The notes beneath the pieces are model-generated. The model made no database searches. It had not been told where the DNA came from and saw only the letters and a list, made by a program, of their open reading frames with translations. Shown piece after piece: positions 60,534-64,000 of a stretch of DNA of 64,000 bases. The DNA is taken from the IMG/VR virus record IMGVR_UViG_2885633469_000002, positions 64,001 through 128,000 of that record. One strand, written 5' to 3'. Each line of letters starts with the position of its first letter. The first letter of the stretch is position 1. A program made the position numbers and the translations under genes. This DNA is from a virus (lineage: Duplodnaviria > Caudoviricetes).

Positions 60534-61949
60534 ATGTTAGAAGATAAATATAACAAATTAGTAAAGGAACTAACAGGCTGTTTAAGCCTAAAACAATTTT
60601 TAATGAAAAAGGGATTTGTAATTAAACAATTGGAAAATAAAGTAGATGAAGATATTATAAATAATTTGTATAATCAAGATATACAAATTGATATGCTTAA
60701 TGAGAGGGAATTATATTTAATAACAGAAACATTTTACAAAATGTTATTAGACGAAGATTTTCTTTCTAAATTAAACGAACTACAACAACAATTACAAAAA
60801 GAGCTAAACCCTCAATTGTATTTCACAGAGGATGAAATAAGAAAATATAAAAACTCAATATTACCCATAGAAGAAGAAAAGGATTATAAAACAGTCATTT
60901 TTAAAAATGTTAGTTTTATGAAAGAAGGTGTGTATAGCACAGTTGGTGACTTTAACTATATTTTAGATTTAAGAGAGAAGGGTATTCTATATTACAATAT
61001 AGATTGCCAGAGAGAGACGGAGAAATATGAGTGGAGAGGAACTTATGTTGAAAAGGCAAAAGTATTTCCAAAATCAGTGAATGAGATATCTAAAAGCATG
61101 TTTGAGGATACGTATATACCGACTTATATAGCTATAAATGTTCCTGCCAATGGAAGTGAAGATTTTCACGTAATTGAAAAAGAAGATAATTTATATGATA
61201 TTGTTATAAAGATAAATAAAAATACAAGTTTAAATTTAGTAGATGGAAACCATAGAACTACTGGTGGAAGTTTAGCTAGAAATATGTGTCGTAGAAAAGG
61301 TAAAGATTTTATTCTAAATATGGGTATTCAAATCATGAATTTAGATCCATATTTGGCTAGACAATATATCTTTCAAGAAAGTAAAAAGAACCCTCTTGAC
61401 GAATCTTTAACGAAATCTATGGAAATGACTATAGAGAACAAAATGGCTTACTATATGAACAGAGGTGGTGGACTATCTGGTAATCCACTTGCAAATAGGC
61501 TTGGTAAAGATTTAAAGGATGTTAAAAGATTAGATAAACTTACACCTTTATATATATTTGCAGATGGGTTAAAATATTTTAAATTAGATGAATTGGATAT
61601 TATAAGAGAAGATAAAGTTAAGATTTTTTTGAAAGAATTCTTTAAATATATATTAAGCTATCATAAAAACCATTTAAGAGATATTAAATTATCAAGAGAA
61701 AATGGTTATGAGTTAAATATGCATATGTTCAGAGGATATTTATATTTAGCTTCTAAATTATTCAATGATATTAATTGGAGAGAACGATTAATTAATGTAT
61801 TAAAGAAAATAGACTATAGAAAAGGTGGAATATTAGAAGATATGCACTTGCACAAAGATGAAATTAGTAAAAAAAATATAAAAAAACTAGAAGATTATTT
61901 AGATAATCTTTTAGAAGTCGAAAGTGGTGAAAAGGATAATGATAGGTAG
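60534..61949 (+). CDS. DGQHR/ParB-like domain protein (SPbeta YopQ-like)
   Basis: YN..CQR and LVDGNHR motifs; overlaps the downstream integrase-fold gene. Confidence 0.65.
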   Translation: MLEDKYNKLVKELTGCLSLKQFLMKKGFVIKQLENKVDEDIINNLYNQDIQIDMLNERELYLITETFYKMLLDEDFLSKLNELQQQLQKELNPQLYFTEDEIRKYKNSILPIEEEKDYKTVIFKNVSFMKEGVYSTVGDFNYILDLREKGILYYNIDCQRETEKYEWRGTYVEKAKVFPKSVNEISKSMFEDTYIPTYIAINVPANGSEDFHVIEKEDNLYDIVIKINKNTSLNLVDGNHRTTGGSLARNMCRRKGKDFILNMGIQIMNLDPYLARQYIFQESKKNPLDESLTKSMEMTIENKMAYYMNRGGGLSGNPLANRLGKDLKDVKRLDKLTPLYIFADGLKYFKLDELDIIREDKVKIFLKEFFKYILSYHKNHLRDIKLSRENGYELNMHMFRGYLYLASKLFNDINWRERLINVLKKIDYRKGGILEDMHLHKDEISKKNIKKLEDYLDNLLEVESGEKDNDR

Positions 61950-63003
61950 AACAAGAGAGTTTACTAGTCTTAATAAATTATATTATAGAGAATTAGATTC
62001 TAGAAAAAAAGAATATATTGATTTTTTAAAGAACGAACAAGACTTACAGAATGTGACTATAGATAATTATGAAAATCAGATGTATAAAATTCGTACCTTT
62101 GAAGAAACAATAGACAAAAATAGAAATATAGAATATTACACTGTAGATGAAATTTCCAGGCTATTAGAAAACATGACTTTTAGTTCTGAAAGTTCAGCGA
62201 TGGTTTATAAGAATAGAATTTTAGACTATTTAAAATTTTGCACAGAGCATTATGGCATTCAAAAAGATATTGGTTTACTAAATACTATATCTCAAAAATC
62301 TTATTTACAAGGACTAGTAAATAAAAGGCTAAAGTATTTAAAATATATAACAGAAAGTATGTTATATGAAGCTGTACAAGATTTAGTAAACCCTCAAGAT
62401 ATTGTTATATCTCTTTTAATTTTTGAAGGAATAAAAGGAACTAATAATCAAGACTTAATTAATATTAAAAAAGAACAATATAATAAAGAAACTAAAATAT
62501 TAGAATATGTAAAGCAAGATACACTAGAAACAATAGAAATAAAATGCAATGAATTTCTTTCAGATGCAATAGAAAGATCATTATTATCAGATACTTATTA
62601 TTTCAAGAATGGTAAGGGAATGGGATGTCACGACATGACAAAAATAGTTGATTCTCCTTATTTAATAGCTCCTACTGCTCAGTTAAACGCTAGGATAAAT
62701 AATTACAGTGGTCAAAAAGTTTATGGGCAGACAATTCAATCTAGAGTACTTAAGATATTTAAGCATTTTTTAAATGTTAATTCTCAGCATGTAACTGTTC
62801 AAAGTCTCTATCATTCAGGCATTATCAACAGAATGGTAAAACTTACAGAAAATAAATATAGTGGGAATAAGTTAAGAAAGATAGATTTTGCTCGATATAT
62901 TGAGCAAAACGAAAAATTAGGTATCCAAACAGGATATCGTCTTTATGATATATATGATATTTTATACAATAAATTCAAATTAGATATAATAGATTTATCA
63001 TAA
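61939..63003 (+). CDS. Tyrosine-recombinase-fold protein, probable master repressor (YopR/MrpR-like)
   Basis: SAM-like N-domain; LIFEGIKG lacks the catalytic Arg; SLYHSG replaces HxxR; synteny with the YopQ-like gene. Confidence 0.65.
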   Translation: MIGRTREFTSLNKLYYRELDSRKKEYIDFLKNEQDLQNVTIDNYENQMYKIRTFEETIDKNRNIEYYTVDEISRLLENMTFSSESSAMVYKNRILDYLKFCTEHYGIQKDIGLLNTISQKSYLQGLVNKRLKYLKYITESMLYEAVQDLVNPQDIVISLLIFEGIKGTNNQDLINIKKEQYNKETKILEYVKQDTLETIEIKCNEFLSDAIERSLLSDTYYFKNGKGMGCHDMTKIVDSPYLIAPTAQLNARINNYSGQKVYGQTIQSRVLKIFKHFLNVNSQHVTVQSLYHSGIINRMVKLTENKYSGNKLRKIDFARYIEQNEKLGIQTGYRLYDIYDILYNKFKLDIIDLS

Positions 63004-63014
63004 TTTAAAATTGA

Positions 63015-63060
63015 CTTTTTCCAATTAACCCTATATTTTATTGGGTTAATTGGAAAAAGT
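63015..63060 (+). terminator. Long perfect hairpin after the repressor-like gene
   Basis: ACTTTTTCCAATTAACCC / GGGTTAATTGGAAAAAGT. Confidence 0.7.
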
Positions 63061-63271
63061 ATTATTATATAAAATTCGACAAGTTTATATTTTTTTATAC
63101 TCCTATTCAAAATAATTTTAAAACATTCTTCATTATATTATTTAATTTCAGTTATAGTATTATTAAACTTATCGTTGTAAATAAATTGTATAATAACAAA
63201 TATATTTAAAAAGTATAAAAAATTGATTGTTCCAATATTTAGGTTGTGGTATAATTAAAATATATCATAAT

Positions 63272-63285
63272 CGAACATTTGTTCG
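63272..63285 (+). promoter_or_regulatory. LexA (Cheo/SOS) box
   Basis: Perfect CGAAC-ATTT-GTTCG downstream of an extended -10 TGGTATAAT (63247-63255). Confidence 0.8.
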
Positions 63286-63333
63286 CAGTATTGAAAATTT
63301 TATAACTTTAAAAGAAAAATGGAGGTATTATTA

Positions 63334-63594
63334 ATGAAAATAGAAATTATAGATTATTTAAATGAAAACAAAGGATATGGTATAACTATTTCCGAAATAG
63401 AAGGAAACGAAAAGGTTTTAAGTAATGTCAGATATAATTTTGATAAGAATATAACAATAGAAGGTTTAAATGAATTTAGAGAAATGGAGAAATACATAAT
63501 AGACACAAAAGAAATAAAAAAAATTGAAAAAGATGTAACTAATATCATTATACATACTACTACAAAACAAATAATCATTGAAAATTGGAATTGA
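63334..63594 (+). CDS. Putative SOS-inducible small protein
   Basis: GGAGGT RBS before ATG 63334; downstream of the SOS box. Confidence 0.6.
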   Translation: MKIEIIDYLNENKGYGITISEIEGNEKVLSNVRYNFDKNITIEGLNEFREMEKYIIDTKEIKKIEKDVTNIIIHTTTKQIIIENWN

Positions 63595-63810
63595 TAATTA
63601 TTTGTTGGAAATGTAAATAAAAACAATTCAATCAAAGAAATATTAATACTTATGTAATAATTAGAGTTTGTATATTATTATTAAACTGTCCAAGCATTAA
63701 TAATAAATGTCTTAAAACGACTTAAAAATTTATGTATTATATAAAAATTAATAAAAAAAAGATTAAAAGAAAGGAATAGGGAAGATTAGAGTTTTTTCTT
63801 CTTATATCTA

Positions 63811-63993
63811 TTTCTTATAATATATTCTTATAAAGTTCTTATAAAGTTCTTATTGGAATTTATAAGTGTTGGTGTTAAAAGGTTTATGCACATTTTAAGT
63901 TCATAAGAATACTCGATAAGGTTCATGAACTAACTATAGTAAGAGCATGGTTGTACTATAGTTAGTTCATGAGAATACTTGATAAGGTTCATG
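63811..63993. repeat. Direct and inverted repeat cluster (cut by the window edge)
   Basis: Tandem TTCTTATAAAG; 27-bp direct repeat TCAT(A/G)AGAATACT(C/T)GATAAGGTTCATG; 18-bp perfect inverted repeat CATGAACTAACTATAGTA. Confidence 0.75.
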
Positions 63994-64000
63994 GTTCTAC

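Noticed and set aside
61939-63003. Active prophage integrase
   Set aside because: Catalytic Arg and HxxR are not recognisable, and a tubZ system points to a plasmid state
1893-63635. Opposite-strand ORFs such as 1893, 6478, 13618, 19241, 41616, 53175, 54872 and 63354
   Set aside because: Antisense shadows of well-supported genes, rich in F/S/L/I and without an evident RBS

Overview
Very AT-rich segment of a large temperate phage or phage-plasmid of a Clostridium-like host, with SPbeta-type and C. botulinum c-st-type gene content; family assignments come from motif recognition, not database searches. Left arm (1-27100, minus strand): head genes, PIN-PhoH, HU, tRNA-Trp, a YonO-type RNA polymerase, a DNA methyltransferase, a group II intron remnant fused to a mini IS200/IS605 element, and a putative Rep. 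Centre (26371-34200): a tubY-tubC-tubR-tubZ partition system, an Mrr-like nuclease, and an FtsK/SpoIIIE + replication-relaxation + SpoIIIAC-like module. Right arm (34200-64000, plus strand): small early genes behind repeated sigmaA promoter cassettes, antirepressors, three complete tnpA-tnpB elements that each precisely interrupt an ORF, and a MazF-like/TPR/DGQHR/integrase-fold operon followed by a gene with a perfect SOS box. Best leads: (1) the possible sporulation-linked DNA-transfer module; (2) an orphan omegaRNA whose predicted guide is group II intron sequence; (3) a structured ncRNA candidate at 15830-16062; (4) a strand-polarised 13-bp operator at a fixed position in promoter spacers.
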